UHGV virus genome: UHGV-0780004
From: a virus
Reading direction: 5' to 3' (one strand)
Length of the DNA stretch: 31,733 bases
Shown here in pieces: positions 8,317 through 15,314 of this stretch (the stretch's first letter is position 1; the number at the start of each line of letters is the position of its first letter). The notes beneath the pieces are model-generated. The model saw only the letters and a list, made by a program, of their open reading frames with translations. It ran no database searches and had not been told where the DNA came from. The translations under genes and the position numbers were made by a program.

Positions 8317-9449
8317 TGACCGCCGCCCAGAGAGAGATGATCTCCAACGACTACGCCGAGCGCGCCTTTTTCGTGTCCGGCGTGGAACCCGGCGTCATCC
8401 TGTCCGATTTTGAGGACAAGGCCGCGAAAGTCGCGTCCGGCGCCTTGAGCTACGAGGAAGCGCAGCAGGCCATCCGCGAAACCCTGCGCCAGCAGGGCTA
8501 CCGTCCCCCGGCGACAGGTCAGGGAGGCATTCGGGATTTGTCCTCCTGGGTCCGCATCCAGGTCGTGATGGAAACCAACGCGGCCATGGCCCACGGATAC
8601 CGGAACTGGTACAACTGGACGCAGGATGAAGACACGGCCGCCTTCAAATTTTACCGCTCCCAGGGCCGGGAAGACCCGCGCTATTGGGCCGAACGCTGGA
8701 ATCGGGCCAGAGCGGGGCTGGAAGAAGAAGCCACAGAGGCGGTATCCTCCGGGTTCATCCGGGGCGAGACCGTCGGCTATGCCCTGGCGTCCTCCGATAT
8801 CTGGATCCGTCTGTCGCGGTTCGGAACGCCTTACCCTCCTTTTGACTACCTGTCCGGAATGAACATTGCTCCCATCGGAGCCGAAGAAGCCCGCGCTGCC
8901 GGGCTGGACGTTTCCCGCGTCCGTCCCGCTCCTGCCAGCTTCAACGCCACACTGGAAAGCAATGCCCAGGGTGTGACGGAAGCCAACAAGAAGAAGATCC
9001 GCGGCATCCTGAAAGACGCCCTGTGCGTCAACAACGAAAACGACGGAAATACCACCTTTGTCTATACCGACCCAAACGGCACGCGGCCTTACACGGACGC
9101 GGAACTGGCGGAACTCCTGTCCGGGGATTTCCCGGAAGAGATCCCCTTGCGGCAGGTCCAGGCCTTCCGCCTGGCGGCGGCCGGGGGATCCGTGGCCGGA
9201 ACGCTGGCAGCCCTCTACCTGGACCGCCTGCTGGATCGCCTGTTTGCCGAAACGGAAGGCGTCTGGTACGCCCGGCCCGCGGACGTGGCCGCCGCGTCCT
9301 CCCGCCAGTATATCCCCGTTTCCCGGAAGGAAGAGGGAGAATTCACCTGGCGCCTTACCTCCGGGCACGTCAAGAAAGTGGAAGACGTCGCCGGAGCCCT
9401 CCGCGTGGAACTGCCCACCCCTTACGTTTTACCCTCCAAATGGCTGTAA
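8313..9449 (+). CDS. Phage head morphogenesis protein, Mu F / SPP1 gp7 family
   Basis: The block RIQVVMETNAAMAHGYRNWYNW...YPPFDY resembles the Phage_Mu_F signature (R.TE...G...PP.H). It is 379 aa. Confidence 0.45.
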   Translation: MMTAAQREMISNDYAERAFFVSGVEPGVILSDFEDKAAKVASGALSYEEAQQAIRETLRQQGYRPPATGQGGIRDLSSWVRIQVVMETNAAMAHGYRNWYNWTQDEDTAAFKFYRSQGREDPRYWAERWNRARAGLEEEATEAVSSGFIRGETVGYALASSDIWIRLSRFGTPYPPFDYLSGMNIAPIGAEEARAAGLDVSRVRPAPASFNATLESNAQGVTEANKKKIRGILKDALCVNNENDGNTTFVYTDPNGTRPYTDAELAELLSGDFPEEIPLRQVQAFRLAAAGGSVAGTLAALYLDRLLDRLFAETEGVWYARPADVAAASSRQYIPVSRKEEGEFTWRLTSGHVKKVEDVAGALRVELPTPYVLPSKWL

Positions 9450-10105
9450 CCGTCCATATTGACCAGACCGAGATTGACCGGGCGTTTGCCGACATGGAGC
9501 CGTCCTCGGCCCGGCACAAAACCGCCCTCCGCAAGTCCGGCGTCGCCCTGAGCCTGCTCATTCAGGAAACCCTGCGCCAGCAGGGCAAGGACTACTACGA
9601 CGGCGCGGCGGACGCCACGACCATGGAAGAAACCGCCGAGGGCGTCAGCGTCTCCATCGCCTGGCGCGGCATCGGTCTTCACTGGATCGGCACGCAGGGT
9701 TATCTGGGCGGGCCGCTTCGCCCCACGGGGCGCACCTCGGAAATCACCGGGAACCCGATCCGGAACCTGGCTATCCCCACCATCAACGCCCCCCGCGGCC
9801 ATGGCGGGGCCCGAAGCATTTACAGCGCCGGCTTCCGCAAAGAGGACTTGCAATTCATCCCCTCCAAAAACGGCGGGCGCAACGGCAATGTGACCGGCGT
9901 CCTCATCCTCAAGACGGCGCAATCAGCCACCGGAAAGAAAGCGGCCCGCAAACTGTTCCGCCAGGGATCCAGAACGGGCGACGTGCTCTACGTGCTGTGC
10001 CGCGAAGTCACGATCCCGCCCACGCCTGGAATTCTCCCGACGATGGACCGGATGGCGCAGCGCGCCGCGGAAACCTACCTCGCCAACATCGGAAACGCAT
10101 CATGA
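9440..10105 (+). CDS. Hypothetical phage virion morphogenesis / connector protein
   Basis: It is 221 aa and translationally coupled by overlaps on both sides inside the structural operon. No confident family assignment could be made. Confidence 0.3.
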   Translation: MAVTVHIDQTEIDRAFADMEPSSARHKTALRKSGVALSLLIQETLRQQGKDYYDGAADATTMEETAEGVSVSIAWRGIGLHWIGTQGYLGGPLRPTGRTSEITGNPIRNLAIPTINAPRGHGGARSIYSAGFRKEDLQFIPSKNGGRNGNVTGVLILKTAQSATGKKAARKLFRQGSRTGDVLYVLCREVTIPPTPGILPTMDRMAQRAAETYLANIGNAS

Positions 10106-10629
10106 TCCCCTCCATCGACCAAACCATGTGCCGGCGCGTCATTGAGCGCCTCAAGAGCCTGGGAGCGCTGAACTGCCACATCTTCGAACGGCCCTTCGAC
10201 CCCCAGTACGCCGCCAACGACATCATCATGTCGGCGATGGGCAACAACGGCGTCGTTCTGGTGTGCCCCGGAGAAGCCGCCGAATACCAGGACGGGCACG
10301 GACAGACCGCCGTCCCGACCATGTGGCGGCAGTATTTCGTCATCGCCGCCATTTATCACAACGCGTCCCTGTTCCCCAAAGAATGCCTGACGCCGGATTA
10401 CTATCTGCGCGCTATCGGCGACCTGATTGAGGAAACCCTTTGGGACTGGAACCCTTTTCCCTTTGCCGCTTCCGCCTCCATGAAAGGAAAGGTCAAGGGC
10501 CGCTTCGCTTCCTCCGCCCGCATTGACGGCGAGGAACGGCAAATGAACGTTTTGACCGTGGACTACCGCGTCCCGGTCAACATCAACATACGAAACCATC
10601 CGCAATTCCATGAACACATCCAAAACTGA
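10102..10629 (+). CDS. Hypothetical phage structural protein (possibly Mu gp37 / DUF1834-like)
   Basis: It is 175 aa with an ATGA overlap to the upstream gene. Confidence 0.3.
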   Translation: MIPSIDQTMCRRVIERLKSLGALNCHIFERPFDPQYAANDIIMSAMGNNGVVLVCPGEAAEYQDGHGQTAVPTMWRQYFVIAAIYHNASLFPKECLTPDYYLRAIGDLIEETLWDWNPFPFAASASMKGKVKGRFASSARIDGEERQMNVLTVDYRVPVNINIRNHPQFHEHIQN

Positions 10630-10873
10630 CAAGAAGGCTGTGCGGAAGAACGTCCCCAAACCGGACGAACCCCGCGAAACCGCCGACAAAACGCCGGCAA
10701 CGACCAACGAAAATAAGAAAACCACTGACAAGAAGGCCGTGCGGGTCATTCGCACCCGCGCCGAACTGGACGGAGGGCTGGTTCTCAGCCTCTCCATGAA
10801 AACCGACACCCCGGAACTTCCCGCGCCCGTCGCGGAAGCTCTGTCCACCCTCAACCTCGTTGACATCAAATGA
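10610..10873 (+). CDS. Small lysine-rich protein carrying an internal 21-bp direct repeat
   Basis: It is 87 aa. The motif TDKKAVR occurs twice in the protein. Confidence 0.35.
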   Translation: MNTSKTDKKAVRKNVPKPDEPRETADKTPATTNENKKTTDKKAVRVIRTRAELDGGLVLSLSMKTDTPELPAPVAEALSTLNLVDIK

Positions 10874-11067
10874 GCAAAGCAACTGCAGCCAACACTGAAC
10901 CGGAGAAGAAGACGGATCAGGCCCCCGTCATCGACACGAACATTCTCATTCTCGCCAAAGAAGTGAGGATAGGGCGCTCAACCTTCTTGAAAGGAGCGCG
11001 CATCCGTGCTACAAAAGAACTCGCCGATAAACTGGAAGCCGACGGCAAGGCATCCATCATCTACTAA
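10870..11067 (+). CDS. Small hypothetical phage protein (65 aa)
   Basis: An ATGA overlap links it to the upstream gene within the structural operon. Confidence 0.35.
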   Translation: MSKATAANTEPEKKTDQAPVIDTNILILAKEVRIGRSTFLKGARIRATKELADKLEADGKASIIY

Positions 11068-11174
11068 CCATTTCCAGCACCAGGGCTACTACATACGATC
11101 CCACATTCACAAACCGCAATGTTACGCCGCAGATTACCGGCGTTCTGGCGATTTTCCTCCCCGACGGCATCAAG

Positions 11175-11732
11175 GTGACCGAAGACGGGGGAGTTTCCTA
11201 CGTCACCGGGCCGGACCAGTTTCCGACGCCTCCCACGGCTCCGCCCGCCGATCCGACAGCCGGGCCTGAACAGCCCTGGGTGAGTTTCGGGCTTTTGGGG
11301 GCTTTCCAATCCGTCGCAACCCAGGTCGAAGGAGAAGTGACGCGCTTTTACGGCGGCGCGCTGGGCTACCGCCAGCAGCGCAAGAACACGACGACCGGCA
11401 AGCGGATGACCTTCACCACGCCGGACATGTCCCCCGAATGGTTCCAGCTGTCTTTCGCTCTGGGAGCGCCTCCCTCCAATGGAGAGGAATCGACTACCGT
11501 CGGACATGGCGGCGACAACAAGATTGAGGGGTATCTTCACTTCTGGTATCAGAACGACGTGGGTACTATCTATCTGGTCGGAACGGCGCATGGCGCCTTG
11601 CGCCTCCTGCAGGATCCCGAACACACCACGGCGATTGCTTCACCCCAGTTCGAGTTCGAGATGGATTATCGCGGCAAGTACCAGTTCACGCCCTCCAATG
11701 TGCAGGACGAGACGCCGGCGCCGGGTTCCTGA
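11175..11732 (+). CDS. Putative tail component (major tail-tube candidate). The coding frame is open upstream from 11031 with no canonical start before GTG 11175.
   Basis: The ORF is 185 aa. The in-frame upstream peptide TYDPTFTNRNVTPQITGVLAIFLPDGIKV looks coding and contains ATT codons at 11070 and 11133. A strong terminator-like hairpin follows the gene. Confidence 0.35.
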   Translation: MTEDGGVSYVTGPDQFPTPPTAPPADPTAGPEQPWVSFGLLGAFQSVATQVEGEVTRFYGGALGYRQQRKNTTTGKRMTFTTPDMSPEWFQLSFALGAPPSNGEESTTVGHGGDNKIEGYLHFWYQNDVGTIYLVGTAHGALRLLQDPEHTTAIASPQFEFEMDYRGKYQFTPSNVQDETPAPGS

Positions 11733-11744
11733 CGCGTTTCACCA

Positions 11745-11779
11745 GGGGGCGCGCTGCGCCCCCGCATCCTCTTTTTTTT
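11745..11779 (+). terminator. Candidate intrinsic terminator/attenuator: GGGGGCGC-gct-GCGCCCCC followed by T8
   Basis: An 8-bp GC stem with a 3-nt loop is read directly. The T-run at 11772..11779 starts 8 nt after the stem, which is slightly distal. Confidence 0.45.
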
Positions 11780-11839
11780 CTCAGGCAGCAGGCAGGCAAA
11801 TACGATATCCGGACCGTCACAGGGCTCAACCAGTCCCTC

Positions 11840-13420
11840 GTGATCCGTATTCTGGACTTCCATGGCGACCCAGTTGATATGACAGGGGTGACGCTTCGGG
11901 GGGCTATCCGTCTCAAAAGCGGCATCACGGAATTTGGATATTCCACGGATGATGACGGCAATGGCGTGATCTCCTGGGAATCTGTCCCTCCCGGCGCCTG
12001 GGCCTACGATGTTTTTATGGACAGAAATGGAGATGAATCTCCCCTTCTGCGCGGATGTTTCGTTTCAGCCGGACGCGTGACTCCTGACTTGCCTGGCGAA
12101 AAACAAGCGATTGCCGGCGCCGTCATTGTCAATCTGCCCGATGGAAACGGATGCGTCAACGTACTGTTGGGAGGAGACTCCTCTGCCGCCTATTACGCGG
12201 AGCAGGCCAAAGAGGCCAGCAACGAAGCTCAACAGTCCAAGGAAGACAGCCAGAAGGCGGCGGAAAACGCCGGCCAATCCGCAGAATCCGCAGAAGATGC
12301 TGCCAAACGGGCCGAAGACGTTCTTGCTGCTATGCCTGAAATAGATGCCGAGGGCAATATGACCCTCCAGGGCAATCTGGCGGCCAAAGGAGCTGTGTTT
12401 ACCGAGCTAGTTACATGCGGAAAAGGGCTTTCTCTTCCCGGCGGGGAGAGAATTACATTAAGTAATGGGGGAGCAACAATTTTCGCAAATGAAAACAACG
12501 CTACCATACGCGTCCCCTCCCTTGCTTCTGCAGGAGAAATATCCGGCAATGCCGTAAATTGTAACAGGGTTGCTGCTTCTACTTTATCCATCAGCACGGC
12601 GGCTACTTTTGGAGGCACGATTAACGCCAACGGGGGTGTCAATATTCCAGTAGTGCCATCCACTGACACGGAGGCGGCCAGATTCCGCGAGGTGCAGCTT
12701 CTTCAGGAGATGGAGTTTTCTCCGTTGAGGACTTATTTCAAGTCTCCCGACCCTGTTCCCTTTGGCGTGCTTCTGGACCGTTTTTGGTGGGCTGCCAACA
12801 GAGATAATATGCCGGCATGGACAGTAGCCACGGCCGAGTTTTCCCAGATCAGTCCTGACTATTTCAATTTCGATTACGACAGCTTGACGAGTTGCTATTT
12901 TCCGATGTCCTGCGGTTTGGGGTTTGGACGGTGTTTCGATTCCATCGCCATCGGCAATGTTGCTTTCAATGCGGATTACGCGAGCCTGGATGGAGATCCG
13001 TTTGTCACGCCCGCGGATTATATGAGGTATTGGGTTGATGTTCAGATTGGCCGTCCGGCCAATGCTCAGTGCAGCGTGTTTGTCCGCATGTTCTGGTGGG
13101 ATCGTGGTTCCAACAGTCTCGTCAATACCGAGTATCGCTCTTCAGTTCCTGACAGTCTTGCGTTGCGGGGGGTGGCCTTGTCCATGACGAGTGAGTTTTC
13201 CGGGGTGTGGCTGGTTGGTTTTGATAAGAAGGTTGGCCGTCTTGTTTCCTATAAGGTTTTGCCGGAGACGTTTGAAGGGAGTTCCTATCGTGGGGTACTA
13301 TCCAATAATAGATTGTCTCTGGCAAAGACAGGATGGCATGCGGCTATGGGAGTCCATGCTCCCCGGTATTATGGAGGGACTGTTGTGGGAGAGTGGTGCA
13401 GTTTGATTCAGGCCAGTTAG
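11840..13420 (+). CDS. Tail fibre-like protein (526 aa)
   Basis: It has an Ala/Gln/Ser/Glu-rich coiled stalk, YYAEQAKEASNEAQQSKEDSQKAAENAGQSAESAEDAAKRAEDV, typical of phage fibre shafts. The C-terminal domain is Trp/Phe-rich and may bind a receptor. Confidence 0.45.
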   Translation: MIRILDFHGDPVDMTGVTLRGAIRLKSGITEFGYSTDDDGNGVISWESVPPGAWAYDVFMDRNGDESPLLRGCFVSAGRVTPDLPGEKQAIAGAVIVNLPDGNGCVNVLLGGDSSAAYYAEQAKEASNEAQQSKEDSQKAAENAGQSAESAEDAAKRAEDVLAAMPEIDAEGNMTLQGNLAAKGAVFTELVTCGKGLSLPGGERITLSNGGATIFANENNATIRVPSLASAGEISGNAVNCNRVAASTLSISTAATFGGTINANGGVNIPVVPSTDTEAARFREVQLLQEMEFSPLRTYFKSPDPVPFGVLLDRFWWAANRDNMPAWTVATAEFSQISPDYFNFDYDSLTSCYFPMSCGLGFGRCFDSIAIGNVAFNADYASLDGDPFVTPADYMRYWVDVQIGRPANAQCSVFVRMFWWDRGSNSLVNTEYRSSVPDSLALRGVALSMTSEFSGVWLVGFDKKVGRLVSYKVLPETFEGSSYRGVLSNNRLSLAKTGWHAAMGVHAPRYYGGTVVGEWCSLIQAS

Positions 13421-13424
13421 AGTT

Positions 13425-13844
13425 ATGAGTGAAAGACAATTACAAATTCAGTTTCCCCGGCCCGGAGTGTGGGAGGAGTTTACGATGACCGCCGTGTACC
13501 GGGATGCGGAGGGTTACATCCGCACGGACCGCTATACGCAGGACGAGATCCCCGCCGATCAAGCCCCGGCCATGGCCGCCGTTGTGGCCGCGCTGGTAGG
13601 GCTGGCCGAGCCGTGGCAGGCGTCTCAGGTGTGGGCGCATCTGATGACGGCGACGATCTACGGCGAGGATGATCCTTACACCCCCACCGGGCAACGGGAC
13701 GAGGTTGCGCTTGATGTTGAGGCCGTCAATCCCCAAGGAGGGCGCAGGGTGTTCACTTCCCGCGACTACCCGGAATTTGTCATCACAGACCCTGCCGCCG
13801 TGGCGTTCTTCAAACATTTTACCAAAACACAAAACAATGACTAA
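13425..13844 (+). CDS. Hypothetical protein (139 aa), possibly a fibre chaperone/assembly protein
   Basis: The ORF sits directly after the fibre gene and overlaps the next gene by 8 nt. Confidence 0.35.
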   Translation: MSERQLQIQFPRPGVWEEFTMTAVYRDAEGYIRTDRYTQDEIPADQAPAMAAVVAALVGLAEPWQASQVWAHLMTATIYGEDDPYTPTGQRDEVALDVEAVNPQGGRRVFTSRDYPEFVITDPAAVAFFKHFTKTQNND

Positions 13845-14307
13845 CAAAAATCAATGCAATCACATCGAGGCAATAGCCGAGGAAATGTACAATGCTTATG
13901 CAGCCGGTAAATCTTGGTATAATGGGCAAGTACAGGTCAAATATGAGGAACTACCAAACGACGAGAAAGCCGGTTGGAATACGTTGACGCAACATGCCCT
14001 GCCGATTATGGGCAAGCATGCGCTTGAGGATGTAAAGGACTATCTGACCGGACAAGCTGCTGGTGCGTCCTCCTGGTGGAAAAAGGCCCTGCACTGGGCC
14101 GGGGCGGCCATCGCCGGCGCCGTCATTGGCGGTTTGGGAATGTCCCTGTCCGGCTGCGGCCACTCCGTGGACGTTACCCAGGGCAAGACGGTGATTTGTA
14201 AGGACGGTTCTTGCTTGGTGCTGGAACCGGGCCACCTGTCCTATTCCCAGGCCCAGCCGGAAACGGATGTGCCGCCCGTCGTACAAGTAATTCCGAGCAA
14301 GAAATAA
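13837..14307 (+). CDS. Type-II membrane protein (156 aa). It has a cytoplasmic N-domain, a single Gly/Ala-rich TM helix and a short Cys-containing periplasmic tail.
   Basis: The TM segment is LHWAGAAIAGAVIGGLGMSL. It is followed by SGCGHSV...CKDGSC. This is the first gene of a lysis-like cassette. Confidence 0.4.
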   Translation: MTNKNQCNHIEAIAEEMYNAYAAGKSWYNGQVQVKYEELPNDEKAGWNTLTQHALPIMGKHALEDVKDYLTGQAAGASSWWKKALHWAGAAIAGAVIGGLGMSLSGCGHSVDVTQGKTVICKDGSCLVLEPGHLSYSQAQPETDVPPVVQVIPSKK

Positions 14308-14311
14308 GACC

Positions 14312-14563
14312 ATGTGCAAACTCTCCGAAGTACCGGCACGTTTTTTGGAATTAGCCAAGGCATCTCCAATGATTGCTTGTGTCATTTTGTCTCTGTCCAT
14401 TTGCGGCGCTGCCTGCTGGTACATCGGGGACGTCATGGGTCACCACAATGACCGCCTTTGTGATTTGATGACCATGCAGACACAAGTCCAGGTGGAGACC
14501 GCCAAGGCGATCCAACTGCTTGCCGTCCGAATCGAAAACATAGAAAAGAAACTGGAAAAGTGA
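14312..14563 (+). CDS. i-spanin / holin-like protein (83 aa): an N-terminal TM helix plus a C-terminal coiled coil
   Basis: The TM helix is MIACVILSLSICGAACWYIG. The periplasmic helix is LQVQVETAKAIQLLAVRIENIEKKLEK. Confidence 0.35.
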   Translation: MCKLSEVPARFLELAKASPMIACVILSLSICGAACWYIGDVMGHHNDRLCDLMTMQTQVQVETAKAIQLLAVRIENIEKKLEK

Positions 14564-14712
14564 ATAAGCTGCTGAATCCTTCCGTTCTTTTGCCGCTGAT
14601 GGGGTGCGTGATGGCCGGCGTTTTTGCCGCTTGCGGAGACACGGCGGCGGGCATTGCCGCGTTCTGTTTCCCCATTGCGTGCCTTGTGATCCTCCGATGT
14701 GCGGAAAGCTGA
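14560..14712 (+). CDS. Small two-TM hydrophobic peptide (50 aa, holin-like candidate), below the 60-aa ORF-track cutoff
   Basis: A GTG start overlaps the upstream stop (GTGA). The sequence is VNKLLNPSVLLPLMGCVMAGVFAACGDTAAGIAAFCFPIACLVILRCAES. It sits directly upstream of the amidase. Confidence 0.25.
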   Translation: MNKLLNPSVLLPLMGCVMAGVFAACGDTAAGIAAFCFPIACLVILRCAES

Positions 14713-14774
14713 CCAACTGTAAAGTTTTTCTTACAAGTTCCACTATATTAACAATCAACCATTAAAGGAGAATA

Positions 14775-15308
14775 ATCAGGAAAATAGCTATTGATATAGG
14801 CCATGCCAACAACACCGGGGCCCGCGGGAACGGGCTTGAAGAACACGCCGTCGCGGCGACGATCGCCGAACGCCTCGCCCCCATGCTGGAACGGCTGGGA
14901 GCCCGGGTGGATGTGATCGACTTCCCGAAGATGACCAATTCCCAGGACTTGAACGCCACCGTCAAGGCCGCCAACGAAGGCGGCTATGACTTCGGAATTT
15001 CATTGCATTGCGATTCGTCCGACAATCCCCAGGCTCATGGCGCTCATGTATGTTTCTACCCGGGAAGCGTCAAAGGAAGCCGGTTGGCCATATGCATCGC
15101 GGAACCTCTTGCCCGGCTGCTGCCCGGACGGGCCAACACCGTGCAGTCGCGTCCGGGACTGGCCGTCCTGAAAAAGACCCGCTGTCCGTGGGTGCTGTGC
15201 GAATGTGGATTCATCACCAATCCTGAAAACGCCTCTATTTTGAAGGACCATCCAGGACGCGTTGCCGAAGCCATTGCGGAAGGGGTGAAGGACTATATCA
15301 ACCAGTAA
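14775..15308 (+). CDS. N-acetylmuramoyl-L-alanine amidase (Amidase_3, endolysin candidate). The conserved N-terminus lacks a canonical start.
   Basis: The in-frame peptide KIAIDIGHANNTGARGNGLEEHAVAATIAERL (14781 onward) is the Amidase_3 N-terminal signature. A strong AGGAG motif lies at 14766..14770. The only in-frame start-like codons before ATG 14883 are ATC 14775, ATA 14784 and ATT 14790. Confidence 0.75.
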   Translation: MRKIAIDIGHANNTGARGNGLEEHAVAATIAERLAPMLERLGARVDVIDFPKMTNSQDLNATVKAANEGGYDFGISLHCDSSDNPQAHGAHVCFYPGSVKGSRLAICIAEPLARLLPGRANTVQSRPGLAVLKKTRCPWVLCECGFITNPENASILKDHPGRVAEAIAEGVKDYINQ

Positions 15309-15314
15309 CCGCCC

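Noticed and set aside
8307-9368. A 353-aa minus-strand ORF antisense to the F-like head gene
   Set aside because: Its composition (Gly/Arg/Pro/Ala-rich) is typical of antisense frames of GC-rich coding DNA. There are no domain-like motifs. The + strand gene is well supported and coupled within the operon.
10075-10869. A 264-aa minus-strand ORF across the structural genes
   Set aside because: It is an antisense artefact of GC-rich coding sequence. It overlaps three well-packed + strand genes.
12229-12669. A 146-aa minus-strand ORF inside the fibre gene
   Set aside because: It is antisense to the Ala/Ser-rich shaft-coding region. That region is stop-poor on both strands for compositional reasons.
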